Shown here: positions 17,543-27,432 of the stretch, piece by piece
Layout: each line of letters begins with the position of its first letter
How positions within the stretch are numbered: the first letter of the stretch is position 1
Assembly: GCA_023248995.1 (NCBI GenBank)
Contig: JAHFDN010000005.1
Location: 2,341-66,340, forward strand
Source of the DNA: Candidatus Rokuibacteriota bacterium
GTDB lineage: Bacteria > Methylomirabilota > Methylomirabilia > Rokubacteriales > CSP1-6
Length of the DNA stretch: 64,000 nt
Reading direction: 5' to 3'
The notes under the pieces: model-generated
What the model was told of the DNA's origin: nothing
Databases searched by the model: none
Seen by the model: the letters and a program-made list of their open reading frames with translations, nothing else
Made by a program: the position numbers and the translations under genes

Positions 17543-18106
17543 GTGACGATGGGCCCATCGTCGCTTCTCATTGTCGGTGGGGCCCGGAGCGGCAAGAGCC
17601 GCTATGCCCTGACCCAGGCTCGCGCCGCCGCCGGCCGGGTGGCCGTGGTGGCGACGGCGGAGCCGCTCGACGCCGAGATGGCCGCGCGCATCGCCCGCCA
17701 CCGCCGGGAACGTCCCGCCTCCTGGCTCACGGTGGAAGAGCCTCTGGAGCTCGTGGCGACCCTCAGCCGTCTCCGCGGCTCGGTGGATACCGCGCTCGTG
17801 GATTGTCTGACCCTCTGGGTCTCGAACCAGCTCCAGCGCGGCCTCGCGGACGAGGCGATCCTCGCCAACGCCGAAGGCCTCGCCAAGCTCGCGGACGAGC
17901 GCCCGTACGGCCTCATCCTCGTCTCCAACGAGGTCGGGCAGGGGGTGCATCCCGCAACGGCGTCGGGACTTCGCTTCCAGGAGTTGCTCGGCATGGTGAA
18001 CCAGACCGTGGCTCACGCGGTGGACCGGGTCGTCCTGATGGTGGCCGGTCTGCCGCTTACCTTGAAGGAGGCGCGCCCACATGACCGAGCTCGGGAAGGT
18101 TCTTAG
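17543..18106 (+). CDS. cobU: Adenosylcobinamide kinase / adenosylcobinamide-phosphate guanylyltransferase
   Basis: P-loop LLIVGGARSGKSRYAL, size and downstream motifs match CobU/CobP. Confidence 0.85.
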   Translation: MTMGPSSLLIVGGARSGKSRYALTQARAAAGRVAVVATAEPLDAEMAARIARHRRERPASWLTVEEPLELVATLSRLRGSVDTALVDCLTLWVSNQLQRGLADEAILANAEGLAKLADERPYGLILVSNEVGQGVHPATASGLRFQELLGMVNQTVAHAVDRVVLMVAGLPLTLKEARPHDRAREGS

Positions 18107-19139
18107 CCGGATCGTTCCGCCGGCTCCCGATCTCGGGCCACGGGCGCAGGCCCGCCTGGATCAGCTGACGAAGCCTCCCGGCAGCCTGGGCAGGCTCGAG
18201 GAGCTGGCGCGCCGCGTGGTCGAGATCACGGGCAATGACCCCCCCGCCATCGGGCGTCGGGTCATCTTCACCCTGGCCGCCGACCACGGCGTTGTCGCCG
18301 AAGGGGTCAGCGCCTACCCCCAGGTCGTCACCGCCCAAATGCTGGAGAACTTCCTCCGGGGGGGCGCGGCCATCAACGTCCTGGCGCGCCACGCGGGGGC
18401 CGACATCATGGTGGCCGATCTCGGCGTCGCCACGCCCGTCTCTCCGCGGCCGGGGCTCGTCGCCAGGCGGATCGGCCCGGGGACCAGGAACATGGCGCGC
18501 GGGCCCGCGATGACGCGCGACGAGGCGGTGGCCGCCATCGAGGCGGGGATCGGGCTCGTGGAGGCCGAGCGCTGCCAGGGGATCGACCTCGTCGGCACCG
18601 GCGAGATGGGGATCGGGAACACCACGGCCGCCAGCGCGATCGCGGCGGCGCTCACCGGGGCGCCAGTCGAGGCGGTGACGGGGCGGGGCACGGGGATCGA
18701 CGAGGCCACCTGGAGGCGGAAGGCCGACGTCGTCCGCCGCGCGCTCGAGGTGAACCGGCCTGATCCCAAGGACGGCCTGGACGTCCTCGCCAAGGTGGGC
18801 GGTTTCGAGATCGGGGGCCTGGTCGGCGTCATCCTGGCGGGTGCGGCGCGACGGATTCCCGTCGTCCTCGATGGCTTCATCGCCGGCGCCGCGGCGCTGA
18901 TCGCGGTGACGCTCAGGCCCGAGGCCGCGCATTGCCTCCTGGCCTCCCACTGCTCGGCGGAGCCGGGCCACCGCGTGATCCTCGAGCGCCTGGGCCTCCG
19001 GCCGTATCTCGACCTCGAGATGCGGCTGGGCGAGGGCACCGGCGCGGCGCTGGCGTTCACGCTCATCGAAGCGGCCGTCAGGGTGTACCGGGAGATGGCG
19101 ACCTTCAAGTCCGCGGGCGTGTCCGAGAGGCAGCCGTGA
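18081..19139 (+). CDS. cobT: Nicotinate-nucleotide--dimethylbenzimidazole phosphoribosyltransferase
   Basis: 352 aa with PPGSLGRLEEL...GEMGIGNTT..., the CobT signature. Confidence 0.85.
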   Translation: MTELGKVLSRIVPPAPDLGPRAQARLDQLTKPPGSLGRLEELARRVVEITGNDPPAIGRRVIFTLAADHGVVAEGVSAYPQVVTAQMLENFLRGGAAINVLARHAGADIMVADLGVATPVSPRPGLVARRIGPGTRNMARGPAMTRDEAVAAIEAGIGLVEAERCQGIDLVGTGEMGIGNTTAASAIAAALTGAPVEAVTGRGTGIDEATWRRKADVVRRALEVNRPDPKDGLDVLAKVGGFEIGGLVGVILAGAARRIPVVLDGFIAGAAALIAVTLRPEAAHCLLASHCSAEPGHRVILERLGLRPYLDLEMRLGEGTGAALAFTLIEAAVRVYREMATFKSAGVSERQP

Positions 19140-20542
19140 TCCGGGCCCTGGTCGTCGCGGGGGTGTCCAGCGGGGTCGGCAAGACGACCGTGACGCTCGG
19201 TCTCCTCGAGGCGTTCCGGCGACGCGGCCTCAGGGTTCAGGCCTTCAAGGTGGGCCCGGACTTCATTGACCCGGGCTTCCACCACCAGATCACGGGCCGC
19301 CCGTCCTACAACCTGGACGGATGGATGTGCCCGCGCGAGCGCGTGGTCGAGACCGTCGCGCGGCAGGCCGCTCAGGCGGACCTCGCTCTGATCGAAGGGA
19401 TGATGGGCTGCTTCGACGGCCTCGACGCCAAGAGCGAGGAGGGCTCCACCGCCCAGGTGGCGAAGTGGCTCGGCGCGCCGGTCGTGCTGGTCGTGGACGG
19501 CGGGGCCATGGCGCGGAGCGCGGGGGCGGTGGTGCTCGGCTTCGAGCGCTTCGATCCCGAGCTCGACGTGGCGGCGGTGATCTTCAACCGGGTGGGCGGC
19601 GAGGTCCACTGCCGGTGGCTCAGAGAATCGGTGGAGGCGGCCTGCCGCGCGATCCCCTTGGGGTTTGTCCCGGCGCGCCCGTCCTTGTCCTTGCCCGAGC
19701 GCCATCTGGGTCTGGTCACGGCGGCGGAGGGCGCCCTCGGGCCAGCGCTGCTGGACGAACTCGTCAGCGTCGTCGAGGAGTCGGTGGATCTGGATCGTCT
19801 TCTGGCTCTGGCACGGAGCGGTCTCGCGCCGCGGCGGGAGGCGCGGCGGGCGTCGCCGGTCAGAGACCACGGCCGGAGGCCGAGGGCCGCGATCCGGATC
19901 GGCGTGGCCCGGGATGAGGCCTTTCAGTTCTACTATCCGGCCAACCTGGATCTTCTCCGGAAGGCGGGCGCCGAGCTGGTCCTGTGGAGCCCCCTCCGCG
20001 ACTCGGACCTTCCCGACGTGGCCGGGCTCTACCTGGGCGGCGGCTACCCCGAGGTGTACGCGCGCCGGCTCGCGTCGAACGCGACCCTGCGCCAGGCGAT
20101 CGGGGCCTTCGCCGCCTCCGGCGGCCCCATCTACGCCGAGTGCGGCGGGCTCATGTACCTGGCGGCGGCCCTCGAGGATGAAGCCGGGGAGCTCCATTCG
20201 ATGGTGGGCCTCCTTCCCACGACAGTCAGAATGAAGCCCAAGCGGCTCACCCTCGGCTACACCGAGGTGGAGATCACGCGCGAGACGCCGCTTGCCCCGG
20301 CGGGGACCGTCGTGCGGGGCCACCAGTTCCATGCGTCGCGGATCGAGCCCGTGCCGGCATGGGTGCCGCGAGCGTATGCCGTGCGGACGGCGAGCGGCGG
20401 AGTTCCCGGAGACGAGGGCTACCTGATCGGGAACGCGCTCCTGAGCTACGTTCACCTGCACTTCGAATCCAATCCCCGGATCGCCGCGTACCTGGTCGCG
20501 AGCTGCCGGAGGCACGCCCTCGGCCGACGGAGGCGCCGGTGA
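19136..20542 (+). CDS. cbiA: Cobyrinic acid a,c-diamide synthase
   Basis: GTG start; VIRALVVAGVSSGVGKTTVTLGL (the P-loop of the CobB/CbiA family) and a C-terminal glutamine amidotransferase domain (…ECGGLMYL…). The track ORF starts upstream at 18932 in an overlapping frame. Confidence 0.8.
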   Translation: MIRALVVAGVSSGVGKTTVTLGLLEAFRRRGLRVQAFKVGPDFIDPGFHHQITGRPSYNLDGWMCPRERVVETVARQAAQADLALIEGMMGCFDGLDAKSEEGSTAQVAKWLGAPVVLVVDGGAMARSAGAVVLGFERFDPELDVAAVIFNRVGGEVHCRWLRESVEAACRAIPLGFVPARPSLSLPERHLGLVTAAEGALGPALLDELVSVVEESVDLDRLLALARSGLAPRREARRASPVRDHGRRPRAAIRIGVARDEAFQFYYPANLDLLRKAGAELVLWSPLRDSDLPDVAGLYLGGGYPEVYARRLASNATLRQAIGAFAASGGPIYAECGGLMYLAAALEDEAGELHSMVGLLPTTVRMKPKRLTLGYTEVEITRETPLAPAGTVVRGHQFHASRIEPVPAWVPRAYAVRTASGGVPGDEGYLIGNALLSYVHLHFESNPRIAAYLVASCRRHALGRRRRR

Positions 20543-21414
20543 GACGCCTGGGAGCGTCCCTCGGCTGCCTCCTGCTCCTCGCGGGGCCGGCAGGGGCCTT
20601 CGCCCTCAAGGATTCCCGCGGGCGGGAGCTCGTTCTGCCGGCGCCGCCCCAGCGGATCGTTTCGCTGGTCCCGAGCGTGACCGAGATCGTCTACACGCTC
20701 GGCGGCCAGGAGCGGCTCGTCGGGGTGACGGACTTCTGCGACTGGCCCCCCGAGGCGACGAAGAAGCCCCGCGTGGGGAGCATGCTGGCCCCCAACCTGG
20801 AGATCATCGTCGCCCTCCGGCCCGACCTTGTCGTGGCGACCAGCGAGGGGAACCGTCAGGAAACGTTCGAGCAGCTCGAGCGGCTCAGGATCCCGGTGTT
20901 CACCGTGAATCCGCACCGGCTATCGGACGTGATGGCGGTCATCGCCCAACTGGGGGAGCTGACGGGGCGCCGGGCCGCCGTCGGCCCGCTGACCCGGGCG
21001 CTGGCGCGGCGGATCGCGGCCGTCGAGCAGGCGGTCGGGGCGCACCCGCGCCCGAAGGTCCTCTACGTCCTGTGGCCGGACCCGCTGATCGTGCCCGGAC
21101 GCGAGGGGCTGGTCACGGAGTTGATCCAGATGGCCGGCGGAGACAGCGTGACGGCCGGCGAGCCGTCCGCCTATCCGCGCTTCAGCCTGGAAGCGGTCGC
21201 CGCCCGCGCCCCGGAGGTCATCATTCTGGCTCGTCACGGCGCGGACCGGACACCGCTCTCCCGCGCCCCCTGGGAACGGCTCACCGCGCTTCCCGCGGTG
21301 CGAGCGGGGCGCATCCACTCCGTGGACGGGACCTATCTCCACCGGTACGGGCCGCGCGTGGTGGACGGGCTCGAAATGCTCGCCCGGGTCATTCATCCCG
21401 AGGCATTCCGATGA
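20539..21414 (+). CDS. btuF: Periplasmic cobalamin-binding protein (ABC transporter substrate-binding, BtuF-like)
   Basis: Signal peptide followed by a class III substrate-binding domain (…IVSLVPSVTEIVYTLGG…VGVTDFCDWP…). The GTG start overlaps the cbiA stop. Confidence 0.75.
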   Translation: MRRLGASLGCLLLLAGPAGAFALKDSRGRELVLPAPPQRIVSLVPSVTEIVYTLGGQERLVGVTDFCDWPPEATKKPRVGSMLAPNLEIIVALRPDLVVATSEGNRQETFEQLERLRIPVFTVNPHRLSDVMAVIAQLGELTGRRAAVGPLTRALARRIAAVEQAVGAHPRPKVLYVLWPDPLIVPGREGLVTELIQMAGGDSVTAGEPSAYPRFSLEAVAARAPEVIILARHGADRTPLSRAPWERLTALPAVRAGRIHSVDGTYLHRYGPRVVDGLEMLARVIHPEAFR

Positions 21415-22424
21415 TGGCTGCCCGGCGGCTGACTCTGGCCCTGACGACGCTGGGAGGGCTCCTCCTCCTCACGGCCGCGGCGGCGCTCTTCGTGGGGAGC
21501 GCGCCAGTCTCTCCCCGCGCGGTGCTCTCGGTGCTCGGCGGGGAGAAGAGGGAGGGGATCGAGGCGGTGGTGGTGCTCAGCCTTCGGCTGCCCCGCATCG
21601 CCGTGGCGCTCCTGGCCGGCGGGACCCTCGCCGTCGCGGGCGTGGCCTTTCAGGCTCTCACCCGCAATCCCCTGGCCGATCCGGCCATCCTGGGGGTGGC
21701 GAGCGGGGCGGCCTTCGGCGTCGTGGTGGGGCAGCTCTTCGGGCTGGGCTCGGACCTCGTCGCGGCCGTCGGGCTCTCCGCCTTCGCGTTCGCCGGCGCC
21801 ATGGTGGCCGCAGGAGCGGTCTACGCGATCGCCGCCACCGACGGCCGTCTGCCGATCCAGACGCTCCTCTTGACGGGAGTCATCGTGGGGCTCTTCTTCT
21901 CCGCCGCGATCACGGTCGTCATCTCCCTCTTGGATTTCAACCGGCTCGGCGGCGTCATCCACTGGCTCCTGGGGAACCTGGCGCCGGTCTCCGCCGGCTC
22001 GCTGGCGGTCTTCGCGGCCCTCGCGGCGCTGGGGGTCTGGCTCGTGCTGGGGCGCGCGCGGGAGTTGAACCTCCTGGCGCTCGGGGAGGAGTCGGCGCTT
22101 CAGCTCGGCGTGGATGCCGAGCGGCTGAAGCGGCGCATCTTCCTCGGCGCCTCGCTCCTGACTTCGTCCGTGGTCGCCTTCGCGGGCCCGATCGGCTTCG
22201 TCGGGCTGATCGTTCCCCATCTGCTGCGGGGGCTCCTCGGGCCGGACAACCGCCTGCTCGTCCCCGCCGCGCTTCTCGGCGGCGGCGTCTTTCTCCTGCT
22301 GGCGGATACGCTCGCGCGCACGATCGTCGCGCCGGCGGAGCTGTCGGTGGGCGTGATCACCGCGTTCTGCGGCGCCCCGTTCTTCGTCTACCTCCTCCGC
22401 ATGCGCTACCGGGGGGTGCCGTGA
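21411..22424 (+). CDS. btuC: Cobalamin/iron-siderophore ABC transporter permease (FecCD/BtuC family)
   Basis: About 10 TM segments with FecCD family motifs. Confidence 0.8.
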   Translation: MMAARRLTLALTTLGGLLLLTAAAALFVGSAPVSPRAVLSVLGGEKREGIEAVVVLSLRLPRIAVALLAGGTLAVAGVAFQALTRNPLADPAILGVASGAAFGVVVGQLFGLGSDLVAAVGLSAFAFAGAMVAAGAVYAIAATDGRLPIQTLLLTGVIVGLFFSAAITVVISLLDFNRLGGVIHWLLGNLAPVSAGSLAVFAALAALGVWLVLGRARELNLLALGEESALQLGVDAERLKRRIFLGASLLTSSVVAFAGPIGFVGLIVPHLLRGLLGPDNRLLVPAALLGGGVFLLLADTLARTIVAPAELSVGVITAFCGAPFFVYLLRMRYRGVP

Positions 22425-23245
22425 GCCCGCTGGTGGAGGTCCTGGGTCTCGAGTTCGCGTATCCGCCTCCCGAGGGCAGGCGGGCCCGCGCCTTTCGGCT
22501 GTCGAGCCTCGCGTTTTCGATCGCGGCCGGGGAGGTCCTCGGCCTCATCGGACCCAACAGCGCGGGCAAGACGACCCTCATCCGCCTCCTCACCAAGGTC
22601 CTGGAGCCGACAGGGGGCCGCATCGCTTTGGACGGGACGTCCCTTGGGACGCTCAGCCGTCGGGAGCTCGCCCGGCAGGTGGCGGTCGTGCCCCAGGAAG
22701 GCCCTCCCGCGTTCTCGTATACGGTCGAACAGCTCGTGCTGATGGGCCGCTACCCCCATGCCCCCGGGCGCTTCTTCGAGCGCCCGGAGGACCTCGCCGT
22801 CGCCCGCGAGGCCATGGCGGCGACGGGCATGCTCGATCTGGCCTCCGTCGCGGTCGAGACCCTGAGCGGCGGCGAGCGCCAGCGCGCGATCGTGGCCCGG
22901 GCTCTCGCCCAGGAGCCGCGGCTCCTGATTCTGGACGAGCCGACGGCGCACCTGGATTTGCGCTATCAGGCGGAGGTGGTCGGGCTCCTGAGACGCCTGA
23001 ACCGGGAGCGCGGGATGACGATTCTGCTCGTTTCCCACGACCTCAACCTGGCGGCCGAGCTGTCGGATCGGCTGCTGCTTCTGGACGCGGGGAAGATCGC
23101 GCGGGTCGGCTCCCCCGAGGAGGTTCTCGACGAAGCCCTTCTGGCGGAGGTCTACGGGTGCCCGGTGAGCGTCGAGAAGAGCCCCGGGAGCCGGCGGCTC
23201 CTGGTGCAGGTGGCCTGGCCCGACGCGTCAGATGAAGGAGGGTGA
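22421..23245 (+). CDS. btuD: ABC transporter ATP-binding protein (BtuD-like)
   Basis: Walker A GPNSAGKTT, signature LSGGERQR and Walker B LLILDEPT. The start overlaps the btuC stop. Confidence 0.85.
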   Translation: MSPLVEVLGLEFAYPPPEGRRARAFRLSSLAFSIAAGEVLGLIGPNSAGKTTLIRLLTKVLEPTGGRIALDGTSLGTLSRRELARQVAVVPQEGPPAFSYTVEQLVLMGRYPHAPGRFFERPEDLAVAREAMAATGMLDLASVAVETLSGGERQRAIVARALAQEPRLLILDEPTAHLDLRYQAEVVGLLRRLNRERGMTILLVSHDLNLAAELSDRLLLLDAGKIARVGSPEEVLDEALLAEVYGCPVSVEKSPGSRRLLVQVAWPDASDEGG

Positions 23246-23249
23246 TAAC

Positions 23250-23440
23250 CAAGGCGATATACGCTCCAAGGTTCGCCCCGGGTTCAGGGAAGCCGGTGAG
23301 GCTCGCATGAGCCAAGGCCGGCACGGTCCCGCCACTGTAAGTGGGGAGCGGCGCCCAGATCCGCACGCCGGAGCCACTGTCCGCACTCCCGCGGATGGGA
23401 AGGCAGGGTGCCCGCGACGATCCACGAGTCAGGAAACTTG
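23250..23440 (+). promoter_or_regulatory. Second cobalamin riboswitch upstream of btuB
   Basis: GGGAAGCCGGTGAG...GCCGGCACGGTCCCGCCACTGTAAGTGGGGAGCGGCG matches the B12-element core, including the GCCACTG box. An RBS (AAAGGAG) and the btuB ATG at 23488 follow. Confidence 0.75.
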
Positions 23441-23487
23441 TCCGGGGCGGTGGCATCCAACCCTTTCGAGGCAAAAGGAGTGGGGCA

Positions 23488-25410
23488 ATGGTCCAAGTCC
23501 TCTGGATGGCGTTTTTGGTGATGCTGACCTCGGCTGCAACAGCTGGAGCTCAGGAAGTGAAGAGGCTGGAACCGGTGGTGGTGACCGCTACCAAGATCGA
23601 GACCCCGCAGGAGCGCCTCGGCGCCGCGGTGGACGTGATCACCGAAGAAGACCTAAAGGCTCACAACTACGAAACGGTCGGGGATGCGCTTCGCCAGGTT
23701 CCGGGCGTCGAGATCCAGCGGTCGGGGAGTCTCGGGAAGCTCACTAGTTTAAGGATCCGCGGCTCGAGCACCTCGCAGGTCCAGGTGCTAGTGGACGGTA
23801 TGAGGGTCAAGAGCCCGACGGCGGGCAGCTTCGACTTCTCGGACCTCTCGATTGATCAGATCGAGCGGATCGAGATCGTCCGCGGGCCGCAGTCGACGAT
23901 CTACGGGGCCGACGCCATCGGCGGCGTCGTCCACATCATCACAAAGCGCGGGCAGGGGCCCTTCTCGGCGACCGTCTCCACCGAGGCCGGCAATTACGAC
24001 ACGCTCCGTGAGCGGTTCGGGTTCGGCGGAAGCTACAAGATCTTCGACTACGCGGTCTCGGGCTCGTGGCTCGAGAGCAACGGTCAGTTCAGGAACGACG
24101 GCTCCGAGCAGCGGGCGGTGACGGGACGCTTCGGTGTCACGCTCCCGGCGAACGGCCACGTCTCATTCAGTGCGCGCTACAACCGGACCGCCCACGATCT
24201 CCCGGTGGACACGACCATCCCGACCAGCCCCTTCTTCATCCTCGACCCCGACACGAAGACGCAGACCGAAACGACGATCCTGAGCCTCCAGTGGAACCAG
24301 AAGCCGGTCTCCTGGTACGAGCTGAACGTCCGCTTTGGCCAGTTCTGGCGTCACCTGGGCTTTCAGGACCTGTTCACCCCAGCCGATGTCGCCGCGGGCA
24401 ACTTCGACGCGTTCGACTCCCACTCACATATCAATGACAAACGACGGGAGGTTGAGCTGATCAACTCCTTCCACGCCGGCAAGTGGAACACGCTCTCCGT
24501 CGGACTCGAGCACCGCAGGGAGGCGGGTCAAGAGCTCCAAACGGGGCTGCTGGTGGCCGGCGATCGCGTCGCGTTCACGAAAAAGATCGATGTCGGCTCG
24601 ATCTTTGTCCAGGACGAACTTCGCCTCTTTGACCGTATCTTCCTCTCGGGCGGGCGGCGCGACGAGGACAACAACGCGTTCGGCAAGGCGACAACCCACC
24701 GGGCCGGGGCAGTCGTCCTCGTCAGGGAAACGGGCACCAAGCTCCGCGGGACCTGGGGCGAAGGGTTCCGGGCCCCCACGATCGACGACCTGTTCTTTCC
24801 GGGCTTCAACAATCCTAGCCTCAAGCCCGAGCGAAGCGAGAGCTGGGATTCGGGCGTCGAGCAAAAGCTTTGGAAAAATCGCGTCCGACTCGGGGTCACC
24901 TACTTCGAGAACAAGTTCAGCGACCTGATCCAGTTCCAATCAACGCCCTGCCCGCCCGGGGACCCCTTTGGCTGTCCCGTCAACGTCGCCAAGGCCCGGA
25001 CGGAGGGGGTCGAGTTCACCTCGGCGGTCGATGTGCTCGACAACCTGTTCTTCACGGCGAATTACACCTTCACGGATAGCAAGAATCTCACTACGGGAGA
25101 TCCGCTCCGACGGGTCGCGCCTCACCGCTATAACTTCGGCATCACGTGGGAGCCGGTTCGCGCCCTGAGCCTCTTCACCCAGGTGAATGTGATATCGAGC
25201 CAGTTCGAGTCCCAGAGCCTCCCGCACAACCGCGGCTATCACCGGCTCGACATCGGTGGAACCTACCGCATCGCCGAGAAGCGAGATGGCTTTCCGGGTC
25301 TCGAGCTGACCGCCCGCGTCAACAACGCGACGGACGCGCGGATCTTCGAGGCGTTCGGCTTCCGCGCCCTCGGGATCAACGCACTGGCGGGACTTCAGGC
25401 GCGGTACTGA
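23488..25410 (+). CDS. btuB: TonB-dependent outer-membrane cobalamin receptor
   Basis: Signal peptide, TonB box region and plug domain (…VVVTATKIETPQERLGAAVDVIT…) are followed by a 22-strand barrel ending in the aromatic C-terminus (…GLQARY). Confidence 0.8.
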   Translation: MVQVLWMAFLVMLTSAATAGAQEVKRLEPVVVTATKIETPQERLGAAVDVITEEDLKAHNYETVGDALRQVPGVEIQRSGSLGKLTSLRIRGSSTSQVQVLVDGMRVKSPTAGSFDFSDLSIDQIERIEIVRGPQSTIYGADAIGGVVHIITKRGQGPFSATVSTEAGNYDTLRERFGFGGSYKIFDYAVSGSWLESNGQFRNDGSEQRAVTGRFGVTLPANGHVSFSARYNRTAHDLPVDTTIPTSPFFILDPDTKTQTETTILSLQWNQKPVSWYELNVRFGQFWRHLGFQDLFTPADVAAGNFDAFDSHSHINDKRREVELINSFHAGKWNTLSVGLEHRREAGQELQTGLLVAGDRVAFTKKIDVGSIFVQDELRLFDRIFLSGGRRDEDNNAFGKATTHRAGAVVLVRETGTKLRGTWGEGFRAPTIDDLFFPGFNNPSLKPERSESWDSGVEQKLWKNRVRLGVTYFENKFSDLIQFQSTPCPPGDPFGCPVNVAKARTEGVEFTSAVDVLDNLFFTANYTFTDSKNLTTGDPLRRVAPHRYNFGITWEPVRALSLFTQVNVISSQFESQSLPHNRGYHRLDIGGTYRIAEKRDGFPGLELTARVNNATDARIFEAFGFRALGINALAGLQARY

Positions 25411-25425
25411 CCGACGGAGAGACCA

Positions 25426-25980
25426 ATGGTCGAAAAGAAAATCATCAAGGAGCCCAAGAAGAAAGGCCTGATCATCGTCCACACGGGCGACGGCAAGGGC
25501 AAGACCACCGCCGCTCTCGGCATGGCGTTTCGCTCGGCAGGTCACGACTACCGCGTCTTCATCGGCCAGTTCATCAAGGGGAACCGCCACTACGGCGAGC
25601 TGGTGACGGTCGAGCGGCTCAAGGAGTGGATCGAGATCCATCCCATGGGCGAGGGGTTCACCTGGGAGACCAAGAGCCGCGAGCGCGACACCCAGAAGGC
25701 CCACGAGGCGTGGGCGTTCTTCAAGGAGCGGCTCCTGTCGGGGGAATACCGGCTCGTCATTCTCGACGAGATCAACTACGTCATCGACTACGGCTACCTG
25801 CCGGTCGAGTGGGTCGTTGAGACCCTCGGCCAAAAGCCGCCTGATACGCACGTCGTGCTCACCGGCCGGAACGCCCATCCGCAGATCGTGGAGATGGCCG
25901 ACCTGGTGACCGAGATGCGCATGGTCAAGCACCCGTTCAGGGACCAGGGGATCCCGGCCCAGAGCGGCATTGAATTCTAA
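25426..25980 (+). CDS. cobO: Cob(I)yrinic acid a,c-diamide / cob(I)alamin adenosyltransferase (CobA/BtuR family)
   Basis: P-loop-like IIVHTGDGKGKTTAALG, size 184 aa. This is the typical CobA/CobO family. Confidence 0.85.
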   Translation: MVEKKIIKEPKKKGLIIVHTGDGKGKTTAALGMAFRSAGHDYRVFIGQFIKGNRHYGELVTVERLKEWIEIHPMGEGFTWETKSRERDTQKAHEAWAFFKERLLSGEYRLVILDEINYVIDYGYLPVEWVVETLGQKPPDTHVVLTGRNAHPQIVEMADLVTEMRMVKHPFRDQGIPAQSGIEF

Positions 25981-26641
25981 GGTGGGGATGATCGAGGGCA
26001 TCGAAGTTGGGGTGGATCGGGAGGCCGTCGTCGTCACGGCCGCGCATCCCCTCCGCGTGCTGTCCTCGGCGGTCGTCGGCGGCGGAGTCGTCGAGGCCCG
26101 GGCGATCGTGAACCTCCACGTTCCCAAGAACTATCCGTGCGGCGATCCGGAAGCCGACCTGGCTCGCTTCTGTCACCGGCGCGGGATCCCGCCGCCGTAC
26201 GTGGGGCTCCTCACCTCCGCGTGGACCGAGAAGGCCGAGATCTCCGTCGAGGCGGCCCAGGGGGTGACGGCTCTCGCGATCGTCACGGTGGGGCTCGGCA
26301 ATCCCGTGGAAGCGGGGCGAAGCCCGGTGGCGGCCTCCAGGCCCTCGACGATCAATATCATCGTCGTCTGCGACGGCGACCCCGAGCCGGCGGCCCTGGT
26401 GAACGCCGCGCTCACGGCCACTGAGGCCAAGACGCTGGCACTGGTCGAGGCGGGGGTCCGCTCGCCGGAGGGCGGTCTCGCCAGCGGGACCTCCACGGAT
26501 GCGGTGATCATCGCGGCGACGGGGCGCGGCGGCCGCCACCGCTTCGGCGGCCCTCTCACCGACCTCGGGTGGGTCGTCGCCCGCGCCGTCAGATCCGCCC
26601 TCGACGTGGGGATCCGGCGGTGGAACGAAGACAACCGATGA
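25970..26641 (+). CDS. cbiZ: Adenosylcobinamide amidohydrolase (CbiZ-like)
   Basis: ~220 aa. The conserved CbiZ family pattern is present (…NLHVPKNYPC…, …NIIVVCDGDP…TATEAKT…). CbiZ is best known from archaea and corrinoid remodelling. Confidence 0.6.
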   Translation: MNSKVGMIEGIEVGVDREAVVVTAAHPLRVLSSAVVGGGVVEARAIVNLHVPKNYPCGDPEADLARFCHRRGIPPPYVGLLTSAWTEKAEISVEAAQGVTALAIVTVGLGNPVEAGRSPVAASRPSTINIIVVCDGDPEPAALVNAALTATEAKTLALVEAGVRSPEGGLASGTSTDAVIIAATGRGGRHRFGGPLTDLGWVVARAVRSALDVGIRRWNEDNR

Positions 26642-27432
26642 CGGGCAGGCGCCCGATTCTGAGCTTCTTGGGCTCGTTCGCCCTCCACGGCTTCGCCGTC
26701 CTCGCGGCCCTCGCGTGGTCCTCGCGCGAGTCGCCTCCCGCCGCCATGATCGTCGAGCTGGGAGAGGCGATCCGGGTCGGCGGGACAGCGTCCGCGCCGG
26801 GCGCGGCCGGCGGCGAGTCCCGGCCGCCGCGGGTCCGGGAGCGCCCACGCCGTCCGGTCCCCGTGGCGAGGGCGGAGGTGGGGGCAGAGGCGCTTCCGCC
26901 CGAGTGGATCGCGGCCCCCGAGCCGTCTCCGAGACAGCACGATCGCCCTCCGACGTCGCCCGACGGCGAGGCGATGGAGGTGATGCGGACGGATGGAGGA
27001 TCCATTCCTGACGCCGTCGGCGGCAGACTGCCGCGGGGCGGCCCCCTGGCGATGCTGGTCCCGTCCTTCGGCGGGGAAGGAGGCGGGGGCGCGGCAACGG
27101 GCCTGACGGCGAGGGGGACGGGGGCGGGAGAGGGGGGCATCCCGCCGGGGTTCGGCCTTTACCTCGCGCGCTTCAGGCAGCGCATCCAGGAGGCGCTCTA
27201 CTACCCGCTTTCGGCGCGGCGGCGCGGGCTCGCGGGGACGGTCCAGCTGGAGATCGAGCTCCTGCCGACGGGCCGGGTGGCCGCTGTCGTCCTGCTGAGT
27301 TCATCCTCGCATTCTGTCCTCGATGAGGCCGCGATGGACACGGTGAGGAGGCTCTCGCCGGGGCCCTTTCCGCCGGAGGTGCCGCCGCGCCCGCTCAGAG
27401 TCCGCCTGCCGATCGTCTTCGGGCTCAAATGA
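26638..27432 (+). CDS. tonB: TonB-like energy transducer (N-terminal TM anchor, Pro/Arg-rich linker, TonB C-terminal domain)
   Basis: TM segment ILSFLGSFALHGFAVLAALAW, a proline-rich spacer and a C-terminal domain GTVQLEIELLPTGRV. It sits within the btuB operon. Confidence 0.65.
   Translation: MTGRRPILSFLGSFALHGFAVLAALAWSSRESPPAAMIVELGEAIRVGGTASAPGAAGGESRPPRVRERPRRPVPVARAEVGAEALPPEWIAAPEPSPRQHDRPPTSPDGEAMEVMRTDGGSIPDAVGGRLPRGGPLAMLVPSFGGEGGGGAATGLTARGTGAGEGGIPPGFGLYLARFRQRIQEALYYPLSARRRGLAGTVQLEIELLPTGRVAAVVLLSSSSHSVLDEAAMDTVRRLSPGPFPPEVPPRPLRVRLPIVFGLK

Noticed and set aside
16808-18082. 424-aa minus ORF and the plus ORFs 16847..17227 and 17410..18084, which span the hslR/riboswitch/cobU region
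   Set aside because: They overlap the cobalamin riboswitch and the well-supported cobU and hslR frames, and they have no domain signatures.
22417-22425. Apparent 1-nt discrepancy between my hand-indexed btuC stop / btuD GTG start (GTGA at 22422-22425) and the ORF track (22421-22424)
   Set aside because: Most likely my own counting slip. It does not affect the gene calls, and track coordinates were used.
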